From Camelus ferus (Eukaryota), in NCBI RefSeq assembly GCF_009834535.1, contig NC_045696.1, positions 48,734,001-48,798,000 of the forward strand: a DNA stretch of 64,000 bases, read 5' to 3'. Numbering within the stretch: position 1 is the stretch's first letter; the number at the start of each line of letters is the position of its first letter. Shown here in pieces: positions 38,610 through 51,499 of this stretch. Below the pieces are notes generated by a model. It ran no database searches. It saw only the letters and a program-made list of their open reading frames with translations, and was not told the DNA's origin. A program made the translations under genes and the position numbers.

Positions 38610-39600
38610 CTGCTGGCACTCTTCTCATAGGTTTCCTCTATGTAATATAGATTGTGCCCCTCTATTTCAGCTCCTATAAAATTTTTCCTTTCATATTTTC
38701 AGAATCTGAACTGTGGTGTGCTTAGATGTGTTTTTCTTTGCATTTATTTTGCTTGAAGTCTCTGGACTTCATGGATAAACAAGTTGATGTTTTAGTTAAA
38801 TTTGGAAAAGTTTTAGCTAATATTAAAAAAATTCCTCTGAAAATGTTTTGCCCCATTTTATTTCTTGTCTTCTGAAACTCAAACTGGAGATATGTTTGAA
38901 CTCTTAAAACTCCCACATATCTCTGAGGCTCTGTTCACTATTTTTTTTCCAACTTAAAAAAATCTATTTCAATTTAAATGAATGCTATTTCCTGTCTTCA
39001 AGTTTATTTCTCTTATTTGCTTCTAATATCATCCAGTATACTTTTAAAAATTCTAGACGGTACATTTTTAGATCTTTTATTACATTTGATTTTTTTTAAC
39101 AGTTTTAAAATATCTCCTGGAATGTCCTGTCAATGTACTCATTAGATGATTCTTGTCTTCTTGTCTCGCACACGTGTATGAATCAAGCCACCAGTTAGGA
39201 AAGGCTGTTTGGAAAAAGCCCATGTGACTAGGAATTGAGGATTATTTTGGTGTTTGGCAATATTCTAGACTCAGATTCAACATTCAGCACACAGGTTCAT
39301 CAAAAGTTTGGGTGGTTCCTTTTTTCTGAGCAAAGACAGTCCTTCCTCAGGCTCATGCCTGTGCCTGGCCTGTCCCCAACATCAGCAAATGTATCCACAC
39401 AGGAAACCATCTTATCTTGCTCATTCATCCAGGGCTTTTCCCTCTGGAGTTTAGAGACTTTAGATTTTCTTGTGTGCACAGTTCCTCAGTGGAATTTTAA
39501 AACGTATGATTTTTTTGTTTGTTTTTCCTTTGATTTTTGCTGTATCAGCAAGAATGAAGGTGTTTCATGCCCTTCTCCATTATATGCAAGAGACACATGT
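38610..39600 (-). mobile_element. Old L1M/HAL1 5' region with ORF1 relic
   Basis: ORF 38722-38916 (...NIFRGIFLILAKTFPNLTKTST...KEKHI) resembles L1 ORF1p (IMAENFPNL...PRHI). Confidence 0.65.
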
Positions 39601-39736
39601 ATTTACTTATGAAATTTTAAAATTACTAGTTAAAGTAAGTTGATTCTCTTTATTGATATTAACCGCCTACCTATACAATCACTAATTGAAGTGGATATTC
39701 AGAACACTAGATTAAAATTTTAAAATGAATGTATTC

Positions 39737-40027
39737 TTTTTTTTTATTTTTTAAAGTTTTTTGGCAGCTTATTATCTTATTGTTTTAACCCTTTTTTTTT
39801 TATTGAGTTATAGTCAGTTTACAATGTTGTGTCAATTTCCAGTGTAGAGCACAATTTTTTCGGTTATACATGAACATACATACATTGTCACATTCTTTTT
39901 TGCTGTGAGCTACCACAAGATCTTGTATATATTTCCCTGTGCTATACAGTATAATCTTGTTTATTTATTCTACATATGCCTGTCAGTATCTACAAATTTC
40001 AAACTCCCAGTCTGTCCCTTCCCACCC
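39737..40027 (-). mobile_element. Young L1 3' end (camelid-type) inserted in the poly(A) tail of the adjacent L1
   Basis: Near-duplicate of the 40043-40270 3' UTR. Flanked by aaaatgaatgtattc(T)n at 39722 and aaaaagaatgtattc(T)n at 40028. Confidence 0.88.
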
Positions 40028-40042
40028 AAAAAGAATGTATTC

Positions 40043-40818
40043 TTTTTTTTTTTTAACATTTTTTATTGATTTATAATCATTTTACAATGTTGTGTCAAAT
40101 TCCAGTGCTCAGCACAATTTTCAGTCATACATGGACATATACACACTCATTGTCACATTTTTTTCTCTGTGAGCTACCATAACGTTTTGTGTATATTTCC
40201 CTGTGCTATACAGTATAACCTTGTTTATCTATTCTACAATTTTGAAATCTCAGTCTATACCTTCCCACCCTCCGCCCCCCTGGCAACCACAAGTCTGTAT
40301 TCTCTGTCTATGAGTCTATTTCTGTCCTGTATTTATGCTTTGTTTTTGTTTGTTTGTTTGTTTGTTTGTTTTTTAGATTCCACATATGAGCGATCTCATA
40401 TGGTACTTTTCTTTCTCTTTCTGGCTTACTTCGCTTAGAATGACATTCTCCAGGAGCATCCATGTTGCTGCAAATGGCGTTATGTTGTCAGTTTTTATGG
40501 CTGAGTAGTATTCCATTGTATAAATATACCAATCTTCTTTATCCAGTCACCTGTTGATGGACATTTAGGCTGTTTCCATGTCTTGGCTATTGTAAATAGT
40601 GCTGCTATGAACACTGGGGTGCAGATGTCATCCTGAAGTAAGGTTCCTTCTGGATACAAGCCCAGGAGTGGGATTCCTGGGTCATATGGTAAGTCTATTC
40701 CTAGTCTTTTGAGGAATATCCACAGTTTTCCATAGTGGCTGCACCAAACTGCATTCCCACCAACAGTGTAGGAGGGTTCCCCTTTCTCCACAGCCTCTCC
40801 AGCATTTGTCATTTGTGG
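40043..40818 (-). mobile_element. Young 5'-truncated L1 (ORF2 C-terminus plus 3' UTR)
   Basis: ORF 40495-40812 contains [21 protein letters not shown]...CTPVFIAALFTIAKTWKQPKCPS, the L1 ORF2 C-terminus. A poly(T) lies at 40043. Confidence 0.95.
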
Positions 40819-43800
40819 ATTCTTAAGTTGCTCGAATATACATTAAGTGTAATTACCTATTCTAGCTCAAACTTTGAACTATTTTAGCCTAAATAAGTAT
40901 TAAATGAAATACGTATTTTTATTCTTTTAAAAAGCTTTAGAGAATCCAGCAGAGGCTTCTGACTGGGTTTTAAACATGCAGAATGGTCAAGGAATATCTT
41001 TTATCTGATTAATTAATCTCCCCTTCCATTTGTATGGCAGGACTAAATCAAACACAAAATAAATTGGGCTATTAGGATCTAGTTTCAAAATTTTTAGGTA
41101 TATTGCATTATCAAATAAAAGTGATAAAATCCATTTCTAAAATTTCTCTACAGAACTATAAAATTATTGTATAATTGACTTAAAATATAAATTTTAAGTG
41201 ATTTTCCCAACTTCAAATATTTATATTTATAAACAAGGAAATTTTACATGTATTTACTAACAGGGAAAGAAACTGATCACTATTTTGGATGACAAAATTT
41301 ATATTTTCCTTCTTTAATATTTTAATCCCTTTGATTTGATGCAATTACAGTGAACTTTCTTCTGACATACAGGTTTTAACTATGGTTTTGTTTTCTTCAA
41401 AGGACATAGTAAAGAAGGGTAGGGAAAGGACATGATTATGTCATTTATACTGGAAAATCATCTTTTAGTTTAAAATTGTACAATTAAATTCCAGCAGTGC
41501 TTAATATTCACAAGAAAAATCTCTAGTGAATTATCAGAATATAACACTGCTTTTTTTCTGTGTTTGACACCATAAAAAGTACAAAAAATTATTAGTTATT
41601 CTGAAGCTTCTAAACAAAAGAGTACCCTCCTCCAGTTATTGGGTAATTTTACTTAATTTACAGTTCCAAATCAGTACCAAAGTCCTTATTAAAAACTAAC
41701 AAAACAAAACAAATATAAAAATACTCAGATTTGTTGATGTATATAAACAGTGATTAAGCTTATTTTATAAATACATTTTTTCAAAACTTACACAAAAATC
41801 TTCATTCAAAAGATCAGTTAAAGGTGTCATAAAACATGGAAGAAATTTGAGAAAGGGCAAAAAACAAACAGGAGGACTCTTTGAGAGTCAACATCTTAGC
41901 TTCTTCCAGGAAAAATATACACAGCATTTCAAAGATTTTGGCTGTTGTTAAGTAAATTATTTACTTGTTTTTTTTTCTGCTATAATTTTTCACCAAGTGA
42001 AATAATTTATTAGGACTTTATAGCTACATAACCAAAGTGGTGCATAAATAGAGGATGCAAACATTGTTATCTTCTTATATGCATCATTCCCGTAATGAAA
42101 CTCAAAATGAATGCACCACATTATTCCCCTAGTTATATAAGCATTATAGGAAGGGAAAAACAGCGATGGTGGGTACAAGTTGATACTATAAATTGAGTTG
42201 AGTTTATAAATTGGCAGTTTTATAAAATGGGCTATATGGCTTTAGATTGGGCAAGAATGGTCCATTATTTCTGGGCCTCAGGTTGAAAGCAGACTTTTCA
42301 GTCTTAACCTCTTAATCTTCTCCAGATTTTAAAGGATATGGTCATACTTTAGTTTTTCTATATTCAAACGGCACTTTTAAACTTACATAACTGGATAATT
42401 TTAATCTTATGTCAACTATTATTTGTGGGTCAAAGAACTTTTTACTCTCATTTTCTTTTTCCTTAAATCCTAAAACTTCCCCTCAATCTATTTCTAAATA
42501 AAAGCTAACCCCAGATTGACTTTGCAAAAGCATTCCAACTTTTAAAAAAAATAAATAAACATTACCTTCGAGCCCAAACAGACAGATATGGGCAGTTTTA
42601 CTGGGAGGGCAATGATTTAATTTCTAATACATCCCAGATATATGCCTTCCTTACAAAACTAGACAATGAAGAGAAAATGAGAAGCCAGATTACACCTCTG
42701 CATGCCACAACAATAAAAGCTGTAAAATGTGTTCAAATGTCTCAGTAAACATAATTCCTGTATTCAACATGGAGCCCCATAACGCAGAGCACAGAAAGTC
42801 CAAACGCTTCCACTGTGGGTGGATAACCTTGATACAGGAAGCTACAATTTTTCTTAACGACCTCAAATTCGGAGCTCACGTTTCCCACACGCCAACGGTA
42901 ACATAGCCGGTGTGCACTGATGAAGTAAGGGAGTAATTCTCTTTCCAAATCAGTAGTGCTCTGGCAAGCATCGCCCTACTTCCTTCAGTTCTCCTATGCC
43001 ACCTTTACCCTTTCCTACTTACTTTCATCTGTAAAGGTTCTTGAACTACTGAAAAAATATATATGCTTCATTTTTTATCAATATAGTTTTAACAAAATGA
43101 GATCAGGTTAAACAAAAAGGGAAGCCACCAAAGGATTCAAAATTCATGAGCTGGTCACCAGAGGGGATGCTGTACTTATGAGATTCATGTATAGCTTTAT
43201 GCTACAGAATTAGTATGGCATAAGTTTAATGCCTCAGTTAACATTTTTGTAGCTTCCTCTGTTTGTCTCTCCTCTGGCTGGTAGATCCATCCTCTACCAG
43301 ATATATTTAAGTCAGTACAGTTTAATTTCAGCTAAATTTAGCAGAAACACGTTGAACATCCTCGATGATGAGCATATATTGTCTTTGTCTCAAAAATACA
43401 TCCTATTTAGCAAGACCAAAAATATTATATATAAGGTATACTTCAAGGCAAATTCAAATCTATGAAGTTTCATCAGCAAGAGAGAACCTCTTCCTCTTAC
43501 AGGTTTGATAAACTAAGATGACATTGGATTAATTCTTTGCAGAAAATAACCACAAAATTTGGACATAGTGCAAAAAGCAACTCTTCGAAGGTACAGGAGA
43601 GCAAAGAGAAACAGATTCCCTCAGAAGTGCATAATAACTTGAGAAAGGAAGACAGGAGCCACAAGGGTAAGCAAGTCTACAAGGCTTTTAATGTTGAACC
43701 AAATTCAGTCCACACTATTTACACGATGGCAACAAAAGACATGTGTATTAAAACCCACAGTCTCTCTAACGTGGGGAAAATAAATGAAGCCAGAAAACCA

Positions 43801-43985
43801 TAAACGCTGAAGAGAATGGAGGACCCCCAAAGGGACAGAGTCATAGAGGAGAATCCCCAAACTGGTCTCAAATCTCTGACTAATTCCTAAACCAAACATG
43901 TACAGAATAGACTCAAATCAACTCAGCTAAAGACAAAAAAAATCTGAATTGAGATCAAAGATGGCTGCCCGAGAGGCAAAGCTTG

Positions 43986-44048
43986 CAGCTGAAAGAAACT
44001 GACCTTATAGGACAATTCCAGCTGAAAGAAACTGACCTTATAGGACAA
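43986..44048. repeat. 33-bp period tandem duplication (30 bp identical)
   Basis: cagctgaaagaaactgaccttataggacaa occurs at 43986 and at 44019. Confidence 0.95.
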
Positions 44049-44413
44049 AGGAAACACCCATTAGAGAGAATAGCACAGTCCAGAATCTCCACAACTGAGT
44101 ATTCACAGTGTCCGAAATACCATCCAAAATTAACTGAAATAAGAATTAAGAAAGTGGAACACTTTCTCGAGAGAAAAGAAAATCTATTGAGTCTGACTGA
44201 TAAATAAACCAGATATCGGAACAAACTGGCACAGATTATAAATCAACTATTATGATTAGTCTCAATGAACTAAAATAAAATGTGTTTCCAATGAATAAAA
44301 ATATAAGCAAAGTAATAGAAAACATCAGCCAAAGAGCAGAAACAATGAAAAAGAACCAAATGGAAATTCTAGAATAAAATTCTGCAATAAAAATTTATGG
44401 ATGAACTTGAGAC

Positions 44414-44530
44414 AAAAAAAAAAAAAAAAAAAAAAAAGACACCCCCCCCCAACCCTGCCCCAAGACAGCAGAGAAAAGACTTAGATAGACAGATAGATGA
44501 CAGATGGATAGACAGATGACAGACAGGCAG
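44414..44530. repeat. Poly(A) run, poly(C) run and (GATA/GACA)n microsatellite
   Basis: Directly visible in the sequence. Confidence 0.9.
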
Positions 44531-45070
44531 AAATGGAGTCTTATTCAGACACAAAAATTAAGAAAACCCTACCATTTGCAACAACCTAGATGACCCCAGA
44601 GGATGTTATGCTAAGTGAAATAAGCCAAACAAAGAAAGATAAATACTGTATGCCCTCACTTATATGTGCAATCTAAAGAGTCAAACTCATAGAACCAGAG
44701 AGTAGACCAGTGATTACCAGGAGCTGGGGCAGCTTGAGTTGGGGGAAAATGAGGAGTTGTTGTTCAAAGGGTAAAAACTTTCCATTATAAGATGAATATA
44801 TCCTGGGCATTTAATATAAAACATGGTGACTACAGTTAATAATACTGTATCATATACCTGAAATTTGCTAATAGAGTAAATCCTAAGTTTTCTCAACACA
44901 CCAAAATAAACAAACACAAAAATTAACTATGTGAGTTGATGGATATGTGAATTAACTTGATTATAGTAATCATTTCAAAATGTATACGTATATCGAAACA
45001 TCACATTGTACACTTTAAACACACAATTTTTATATGACAATTATACCAGTAAAACTGTGCGGGAAAAAAA
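44531..45070 (+). mobile_element. L1MA8/L1MA9-type 3' end nested in the older L1
   Basis: ttatgctaagtgaaataagcc...ataagatgaata...catggtgactacagttaataatactgtat...taactatgtgagttgatggatatgt...catcacattgtacac. Confidence 0.85.
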
Positions 45071-47051
45071 GAGGAAAGGGAAAACAAAGACATTTTCAGA
45101 GAATCAACAGGTGCAAAATTCTACTGTGAGAAATACTAAAGGAAACTTCAGCCTGACAGAAAGTGATACCAGACAGAAACTCAGATTCCCAGATGAGAAA
45201 GAAGAACTGGTAAATATCTGAATAAATGGTAAATATCTGGATAAATGCAAGTTATTTTTCATATTGCCTTTTATTAAATTTGTTTTTTTGCAAATTATTG
45301 CAAATGTTTAAAACAAAAGAAAACATTTTCTTTTAGGATTTTAAAATGTATTTCTGTGATATAGATATAAATACATTTTATTACATAAATTTCACACATT
45401 TATTTAACAACTATAACAAAGAGGAAGGGAAAAATGTATCTGTATATTTGCAAGATGTCTATAATTTATTTCAAGTAATACATATTAACTGTAAGTGAAC
45501 TGTGAAAAGTTGATGATGTACCTTGTTATTCTGTAAGGCAACCATTTAAAATGCAGAAATATAACCCAAAAGCTTATAGGAAAGTTTAAATGGAATTCTA
45601 AAAAATTATCCAAGTAATATATATGTATTTTTAATTTAGGAAAGGAAGAACAGAGAAACAAAAACTAAAAGAGATAATTAAAAACCTAGTAGTCCCAAAT
45701 ACAAAAGCTATCAATTATTACCTTAAAGGTTAATTATCTAAGCAATTTAATTAAAGGGTATAGATTGTCAAAATGTTTTTTTAAAACCCTGCTCATCTTC
45801 TGTCTACAAAAGACATTTTAGAGTATAAATTAGATGGCTAGAAGTAAATGAATGCAAAAGATGTATCATACACATACTAAGCATAAGGCTATAAAGCTAT
45901 GTATCTGTCAGAGAAAGTAGATATTAAGACAAAAAGAAGGGCACTTGATAATAATGAAAATGTCAATTCATCAGGAAAAGATAATAATCATTAATGTGCA
46001 AGTACCTAATAACAGAAGTTTAAAATACATGAGGCAAAAATAACAGAATTAAAGGGAGAACTATACAATTCCACAATTTTATTTTTAACACAGTTTCTCT
46101 AAGTAATTTATTAAATAACCAGGCAAAAATCAACAGACATGGAAAATCTGCAGAGTACTATCAAACATCTTGACCTAATTGTTATTTATAAAACACTACA
46201 TCCAAAATAACAGAATACATATCCTTTCCAAATGCATTGGTACATTTATCAGGATAAACTGTATTTTGAGTAATTAAAAAAGCCTCAATAAATTTAAAAA
46301 GTTCAACATCACACATAACAGGTTCTCTAATCCCAATATAATTAAATTAAACCCCAATAACAATAAGATTGCCAGAAAAATCCCAGATGTTTGGAAATTA
46401 AACAACATATTTCTAAGTACAAATTGGGTTTAGGAAAAAACTGTAAGATTAATGATAATAAAAATATAATGCACCACAGTTTGTGAGCTATGGCTAGAGC
46501 AATGCTTTGAGAGAAATATATAGTACTAAAAGCCTATATCAGAAAAAAAGAGAAATCTGAAATAAATGACCTAAGCTTCTACCTTAAGAAACTAGAAAAA
46601 GAATTAACTTAAGCCCAAGACATGCGGAAATTAGGAGATAAATATAAAAGCAGAAATCAATGAAATAGAAAACAAAAAACAATAGATAAAATCAATGAAA
46701 TTAAAATATTTGAGGGGGAATCAATAAAATGGGCATAAATGCTTAGCGAGAGACAAAGAGGAAGGAAAGAAAGAATGGTGGAAAGGAGGGAAGAAGGAAG
46801 GAAGAGAGATAACGTGCACATTGCTAATAACAGGATGGAAAGACATGACATCATTACAGAATCTGCAGACTTTAAAAGAATAATAAGGGAATATAATGAA
46901 CAACTTTATGGCAATAAATATGACAACCTGAATGAAACGGACATACTCCTTAATGACACAAACTGCCAAAGATCATGCAAGAAAAAGTTGAAAACTTCTA
47001 TTGGTCTATTAAATGTAAGAATTGAATTAATAATTTACGCTTCCCACCCCA

Positions 47052-47080
47052 ACAGACACACACACACACACACACTCACA
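47052..47080. repeat. (CA)n microsatellite
   Basis: acagacacacacacacacacacactcaca. Confidence 0.9.
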
Positions 47081-48559
47081 TCCCATCCTTTAGGCTCAAA
47101 TGTTTCACTGGAAAGTGTTTTTCAAACATTTAAGGAAGATGTAATTTCAATCCTGCACTTTCAGAAAAATAAAGAGAATGATTCCCAACTCATTTTGTAA
47201 GGTTACAGTTACATTGATTTCAAAAATGCATAAAGACATCACAGGAAAAGAGAACCACAGACCAATATTCGTCATGAACCTAGACATAAAGATTTCTTAA
47301 GAATACACTAGCAAATAAAACCCAACAAAAATGTAAAAAGAATAATACACTATAACTATGTGGAAGTTGATCCTGGGAATTCAAAGTTGGCTTAAGACTT
47401 GAAAAATCAGTCAATTTAATTCACCATATTAATAAAACAAATGATAAACCATATGATCACTTCAACGGATGCAGGGAAAACATTTGAAAATAATTTAATA
47501 CCTTTCAGTGACAATTTTCAGCAAAACTAGTAATGGAAGAAAACTCTTTTTGAAAGCCCTCATTATCAGAACCAAAAGGCAAATCATAAAATGTGATCAA
47601 GTTTTGCAAAAATATATTCAGCCAACTGCTAATCTCTAGAATATATAAAGAACACTTACAACTCAATTATAAGACAAAAGATAGCTAAAATACATGAAAA
47701 GATATTTCACAAAGGAAGATACACAAATGCAGTGTAAGCACATTAAGTGTTGCTCATTATCACAAGCATCAGAGTACGTAAAACCACAATGAGACACCGC
47801 TACACATGCGTTAGAATGACCAGAGTTAAAAAGACTAACCATACCAAGCATCAAGGAGGATATGAAATGTCTAGAACTCTCAAGCATTGCTGGTGGGGAT
47901 GCAGAACGTTACAGCCACTTTTGAAATCGACATACGACATTTTACATAATTAAACATATACTTATCCTACTTCTAGCTATTTACCTAAGAGAATGAGAAC
48001 ACATGTCCACACAAAGATATGTGCATGTATGATCACAGCAATAATAACCAAAAATTAGGAACAAATCAAATGTTCATCAACTGGGCAATCAATGAACAAA
48101 CTGTGATGTATCCATACTATGGAATATTGCTCAGCAACACAAATCAAATATTGAAACACTCAATAACTTGAATGCATCTCAAAAGCATTTTGCTAAGTGA
48201 AAGAAGTCAAGCAATGCACTTTATGATAGCATTACATGATATTCTAGGAGAGACAAGCATATATAGTAACACCAAGCAGATCAGTGGTTACCTTGGGAGG
48301 AAATCAACAGCTAAGTGGCATGAGAATACTTGAAAGAAAAAAGAGCTGTTCTATAATTTTTTAATTAAAATAGTGTTTACACAATTTTATACAACTACCA
48401 AAATTTGTCCAGCTGTAGCCTTAACATGTGTGAATTTTATCAGTACATCAATTATATCTTTTAAAAGAGAAAGAGAGCCTATCCCTTGCTCAGAAGGTCA
48501 CAAGAGCTTTCATTAACAGGTTGTTGTGAAGACTAGGACTTGAATGGAAAATGAAATGC

Positions 48560-49150
48560 TCTGATGGGTAAGAGAACATCAGTCATGGGGACCTCACTGT
48601 TCAGCACAGAGCCTAGTGGATACAAGAACAGTAGAAATGCTTATGGAGGAAAAGGGGAAAAGAGAAGAGTAGAAAGAGATAAGCCATGCTCAAAAGAGAA
48701 GAGAAGGTCTAGCATGGCCAACTTTCTCACATTCCTTGATCTCTGAAGAAGAGTCTTTAATTTGGCAAAGCATTTGGATTTTACTTAGACTGTGGTATAA
48801 ATCCACTGGTGAGTTTGGGAAAGTGGAGAGATGTTCTCTCATTTATGTTTTAATATGATTTTCCTGGCTGCTGGGTGAATTGTATTCAAAAAGGGGGGCA
48901 ATAGCAGACACAGGAAGATCAGATAGAAGGCTATTGTCACAGTCCATATGAGAGATGACGTGTTTGGAATAGAGTGATATCCCTGAAAACAGATAAGTGG
49001 ATGGATTTATTTTGGAAACAGATCTACAAGACTTGCTAGAGTGGTGGATGTAGGAAAATGAAGACTGAAGGATGATTACCTATCCAAATGTGTTGAGCAA
49101 ATAAGTAGGTGGTGATGCCTTCTCCTCAGATGGAGAAGAATTTATCTAAA
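48560..49150 (-). mobile_element. L2 antisense
   Basis: tttggattttact...ttcctggctgctgggtga...gaaggctattgtcacagtccatatgagagatga...ggtggtgatgcc. Confidence 0.75.
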
Positions 49151-50884
49151 AAGGGAGGTGATATTGTGAAAATTTAGCATTTTAAAACTCTTCTCCTTGA
49201 TATATATCTATCCCTTGAATTTTTGACATTCAACTTTCATGAACATACTATGTATAAAAGTAGGGAACAGCTGATATTTTAAGCTGGTTTGCTGTATCAC
49301 ACTTCACAATTGGGTGTTGACCTACTGTTCCAAGAGGTAATTTTCTTAAATGTGAGACTTCTGATACCAAAATATAAAACTGCAAGGAAGAGATATATTT
49401 CATTAAACATTGGGTTATAAGGTTAAGATAAGTATGTTAGATGGAAAGACTAAGAGTTTTATGATGCTGCGTAAACAATCATTGGCCGACTCTGACCCCA
49501 TTTTCCTAATTTCTCTGGAATCCTGACAAAATACAATCTGAGACAAAAAGAAATCATTTTTCACATGGTTCCCTGGTGATATCTTGTCTGTCATAAATTA
49601 CTCCATTAAAATTAAACCATTCATTGTTATGAGGATTAAGATGACTTGAAATTAAAATTAACCTCATTGGAAAAAGAATCTCCTAGTACTTATATTTATG
49701 GGCATTAGAAATCCTGGGAGCTTGTAAGCCCCCACATTACTGCAGAATTTAAACCAACAAACATATCTCTGAAGTGACAACTCAGATTTAAAGTTCTGGA
49801 GCTGACAGAAATTTTAACAGAATTGTTTTTTTGTCATCCATTAAAGTCCAGGAGTAAGGGCCCACAGCAAACATGCATGGGTCTGCAGCTCTGAAGCCTC
49901 TCCCTTAGAAGGGAATCTGTAGGGAACATGCCAGAACTAGAAGGTGGTTTTACAGAGCATGATGGCAGCACAGTGGGTCAAATATCTATGTTTGAAGATT
50001 AAAATTTTGCATTCAGGAACTTCTTAGATGGGAGCAGACACTTATTCCAAATAGTGCTGAGTACACACATAGCAGGCATTTAGTAAATTTTTGCTTACTG
50101 ATCTACTCACTGCAAAAAAAGCATTTAAGGAAAATGGAAAAGATACAATTCCACATATTGAAAATATGTCACTTTACCTTAATATTTACAAATAATACCA
50201 TGAGTGGTATATGTAATACTGAAGCAGATTAGAAACTTTAAAAAATAACCCTTTTATTAATTCTTTGTATCACTCTCCAGGGTTTTTTTTGTTTTTGGTT
50301 TTGGTTTTTTTTTTTGCATTTACCTTTACATATGAGGCCATTCCTGCTCGCTAGATTATAGAACATTTTAAATAGAAATAGTTAAGGGGTTTAATTTTAA
50401 AAGGGGAAAAATACACATTACTTCAAATATTAATCAATTACAATTTGAAATAACTTTTGAAATAATTTGGTTTAAAGGTAAACTACTGTTTTCCCTGGTG
50501 TCCTCTATGCACATTTGCAAAATAAATTTTTAAAATAAGAAGCCCTCCCCTCCACTCCTTGACACCATTGCTACCCCAGCTGCACTGAGGAATATAATTT
50601 TCAAGCATTTTGAAGCACACGTTTCCCTGAACTGAGGCACTCAGTCCTTCCACGCAACCAGTACTGAACACCTGCCCTGTGCCAGGCACCATATTAGGTT
50701 TTGAAACATATGCGTTCATAAAAAAACATTTAAATTATTCATTAAAAGATATGCTCAAATAATTTCTAGACAACACTTTGTTAGCCTATTATTAAAATGG
50801 TAATTTTGCCAATATAAATCTCCATTTATTCTGTAACAGCTTAAAAGTCTTACAGGCCTTGCTCCTATCAGGCTGAAATGACAA

Positions 50885-51367
50885 ATGCATCTGACACCTC
50901 ACGCCCTTCTCAGGGTCAGGTCTTCTCAGCCTCCCTCCAGCCACAGCCCTTTGCAGACACCACTTTTGACAAAGTCTAACAAGATAGCACCTACTCTCAG
51001 CTCTACCATGAATTTCTCACAGCTGCTCTTGGGCTTTCTGACTCAGCAGCAAGCACTCACCTAATTGCAGTGGAAAGAATGAGGGAGTTACTTCCCCCAT
51101 GGAGCAGTTGTGAATAAATGCTCCTTCTTCCTGGTGATCCTTTTATGATGCGGCTTCTGGCTCCTCAGAAGCTCCCAGGCTGCCCAACCCCAGCTCCCTA
51201 CCTAGAGTCTGCTCAGTGTTGAATGCTACATTGGCTTTACCTTCTTCCCTATTTCCCTCATCCTAGTCTCTCCTTCCTGATTCCTGGGGCAACTTCCCAA
51301 GATAACCTACCTCCACATCAGCCCTTGTCTCAGCCTCTGCTTTCACAGTCAAATGAGGCTAGGAAAG
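50885..51367 (+). mobile_element. ERVL LTR, LTR33-like
   Basis: The 3' end attggctttaccttcttccc...cctggggcaacttcccaagataacctacc...cccttgtctcagcctctgctttc resembles the LTR33 terminus. Confidence 0.65.
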
Positions 51368-51499
51368 TGCGGTCTCACTAAAATCACAAAATCTTCAGTG
51401 AGGCACGTAGCTGCAAATGTACACATCCCTGTAAGAGTAGTTCTCCTCCCCTCAAGAAAGGTTTCGTTGATGTATCTTCTATTCATAACATATTTCATA

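Larger units (their letters stand above)
43490..48466 (+). mobile_element. Old L1M element retaining its 5' end, ORF1/ORF2 relics and an L1ME/L1MD-type 3' end, with internal deletions
   Basis: L1M-type 5' end at 43490 and an endonuclease region at about 45700-46400. ORF 46739-47200 (DIITESADFKRIIREYNEQLYGNKYDNLNE) is L1 ORF2. The 3' end reads agcagatcagtggttacc...gtgaattttatcagtacatcaattatatc. Confidence 0.85.

Noticed and set aside
43986..44048. 30-bp direct repeats superficially like CRISPR repeats
   Set aside because: Only two copies with a 3-nt gap, inside a mammalian L1. This is a simple tandem duplication.
46739..47200. 153-aa ORF
   Set aside because: A fragment of dead L1 ORF2 with microsatellite insertions, not a host gene.
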